Source of the DNA: Candidatus Freyarchaeum deiterrae
GTDB lineage: Archaea; Asgardarchaeota; Jordiarchaeia; Jordiarchaeales; Jordiarchaeaceae
DNA: 64,000 bases
Reading direction: 5' to 3'
Assembly: GCA_037305845.1 (NCBI GenBank)
Contig: CP147778.1
Location: 928,001 to 992,000 of the forward strand
Shown here one piece after another: positions 62,254-64,000 of the stretch (within the stretch, counting starts at the first letter, position 1; every line of letters begins with the position of its first letter). Under the pieces are notes generated by a model. The model ran no database searches. It had not been told where the DNA came from and saw only the letters and a list, made by a program, of their open reading frames with translations. The position numbers and the translations under genes are program-made.

Positions 62254-63840
62254 TTAAGGTTGGGTTTCGTATGTTCTGATCGCTTCGGGGATTAGGGGTA
62301 TCAGGTCAGTTGCTGTTATGTGGAAACCTTTGTTTTCGACAGCTAAATCTCCAGCTTTTCCGTTGATGAAAGCAGCTGCAACGGCTGCTCTGAAGGGTTC
62401 ACAGCTTTGGGATAAAAAGGCAGCGCAGATTCCGCTTAAAACATCGCCCGTTCCTCCCACAGTCATTCCAGGGTTACCAGTCGTGTTTATTTTTGTTCTT
62501 TCACCGTTGGATATTATGTCCTCATGACCTTTGAGGAGTATGGTGACTCCTAGTTCTTTCGCCCAACTTTCAACTATTTTCATTCGCTCTTCCAGTTTTG
62601 AAGTAGAGGGAATCTTTTCTCCAGTTAGTTGCAAGAATTCCCCCTGATGAGGAGTTAGCACGGTTTTTGAGCCGTACAGTGTTTTGTTATCTTCCCCTAA
62701 GATTTTGATGGCATCCGCGTCCACGAGTAAAGGCAAGTTTCTCTTTTTTACAAGTTGGAAAACTTCGGGAATCGTTTCTCGGGTCTCGTCTTGTAATCCA
62801 AGTCCGGGTCCAACTGCTACCCCAGTCGCCCAGTCTTGAATTAAATCGCTTATAAGGGGTAGAGCTTCCCTGTTTAACACTCCACCTGGAAATTCTCTCA
62901 CGATCAAATCGGGGGAGTATCCTCTAACCACCGAAGCTATTTTTGAAGGGGTTGTTACAATTACTAGATCCACGCCGGTTCTGAACGCGGAAAGGGCGAC
63001 AAAGGTTGGCGCACCGGAATAGTACTCGCTTCCACCGATTACAAGGACTTTACCAAAATCTCCCTTGTGTGAGTAAGGGTCTCTTTTTTTAATTGCGGAT
63101 TTTACGTCGCCCGGACCTGCTATAATTTCCGCCTCAGGCGGTATACCTATCGGCCATACTTCAAGTTCTCCGGTACAATCCTTATTCAACAGTCCTGGTT
63201 TCGCTTTGTGAAATGTTACTGTAACATCAGCCTTAACCACTTTATCATGAATTTGGCCGCTGTCTGGATCCAACCCTGAGGGTAGATCTACCGCTACTTT
63301 AAATGCGTTTGAAGTGTTGAACAGGTCGATGGCTGTAGATAGTGGTTCCTGAATTTTTCCGATAATTCCAGTTCCCAGTATTGCGTCAATTACTACATCA
63401 GCGTTTTTGATGGAGTCTCTAATTTTTTTCAAGTCTGAAGAGTCTTTAATCAGAGTTTTCTCTATTGATAGTATCATTTTTTCCAAGGCGTTCCAGTTTT
63501 GCCTAGACTCAGGAGTACGAATTCTACTAGGGTCGCCTAGCAGAACTAAATGTACTTTGGCTCCGAGTGAGGCTAGGTGTCTTGCGGCGACAAAGCCATC
63601 TCCACCGTTATTTCCGGTTCCTGAGAGGATAACGATGCTTGTTCCATCCACTTTTCTTCTTTTTAGTATATTCTCTGCTATTCCTCTTCCGGCGTTTTCC
63701 ATTAAGAGCGCTCGGGGGATTCCCAAGTATTCCGAATTTTCATCGGCAATTCTCATATCTTCAGCGGATATAGTTTCCAAACTCCATGCCTCCGCCACTT
63801 TATAAGGAAACATTTTTTTAATCTTCGTTACAGTACTCAA
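62254..63840 (-). CDS. nnr: Bifunctional NAD(P)HX epimerase/dehydratase
   Basis: LMENAG, GNNGGDG, DLPSG, HKGDFG, TPHQGEF, GGTGDVL. Confidence 0.95.
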   Translation of the reverse strand: MSTVTKIKKMFPYKVAEAWSLETISAEDMRIADENSEYLGIPRALLMENAGRGIAENILKRRKVDGTSIVILSGTGNNGGDGFVAARHLASLGAKVHLVLLGDPSRIRTPESRQNWNALEKMILSIEKTLIKDSSDLKKIRDSIKNADVVIDAILGTGIIGKIQEPLSTAIDLFNTSNAFKVAVDLPSGLDPDSGQIHDKVVKADVTVTFHKAKPGLLNKDCTGELEVWPIGIPPEAEIIAGPGDVKSAIKKRDPYSHKGDFGKVLVIGGSEYYSGAPTFVALSAFRTGVDLVIVTTPSKIASVVRGYSPDLIVREFPGGVLNREALPLISDLIQDWATGVAVGPGLGLQDETRETIPEVFQLVKKRNLPLLVDADAIKILGEDNKTLYGSKTVLTPHQGEFLQLTGEKIPSTSKLEERMKIVESWAKELGVTILLKGHEDIISNGERTKINTTGNPGMTVGGTGDVLSGICAAFLSQSCEPFRAAVAAAFINGKAGDLAVENKGFHITATDLIPLIPEAIRTYETQP

Positions 63841-63873
63841 AAGCTTTTTATTCTTTAAAGGTATTTTTCCATT

Positions 63874-64000
63874 ATGCCACCGAATGTATCGTTAGCGTTA
63901 AAGAAGGTAAAAGCGGGTATTAGAACCCCCAAGTTTGATTGCCAGCAATGCGGAACATGCTGTGTAAAGTATGTTATATGCGTAACTCATAAAGACGCTT
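63874..64000 (+). CDS. Partial YkgJ-family CxxCxxCC protein (runs off window)
   Basis: MPPNVSLALKKVKAGIRTPKFDCQQCGTCC. Confidence 0.65.
   Translation, partial: MPPNVSLALKKVKAGIRTPKFDCQQCGTCCVKYVICVTHKDA

Overview
This 64-kb window comes from an AT-rich archaeal chromosome, very probably a thermophilic Asgard archaeon. The Asgard call is inferred from a Rab-like GTPase, roadblock, gelsolin-like, RanBP2-type Zn-finger and HEAT proteins alongside archaeal TBP, XPB-Bax1, PoK/PPS CoA genes and AOR; the thermophily call rests on a BpsA-like synthase. Most genes are housekeeping: polyamine, CoA, purB, hisG, rRNA m5C methylase, NnrDE. The best discovery is a 31-nt insertion (59065-59095) that interrupts the catalytic HDIGHGPFSH motif of a SAMHD1-like HD dNTPase gene. 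It folds into a canonical bulge-helix-bulge, and EndA-type splicing would restore the exact motif and frame, making it a candidate archaeal pre-mRNA intron outside cbf5. Other highlights: a ~200-nt structured ncRNA candidate with its own TATA box (44340-44540); a 201-bp IS200/IS605 mini-element retaining both ends and a TnpB omegaRNA-like region; a tandem duplication with a ~90-bp segment inverted between the two copies; a LysA-like protein lacking the PLP lysine; an AbrB-GTPase fusion; a Mer3/Brr2-like helicase; and recurrent AC-to-GT skew flips at gene boundaries. All calls come from motif recognition by eye; no database searches were run.
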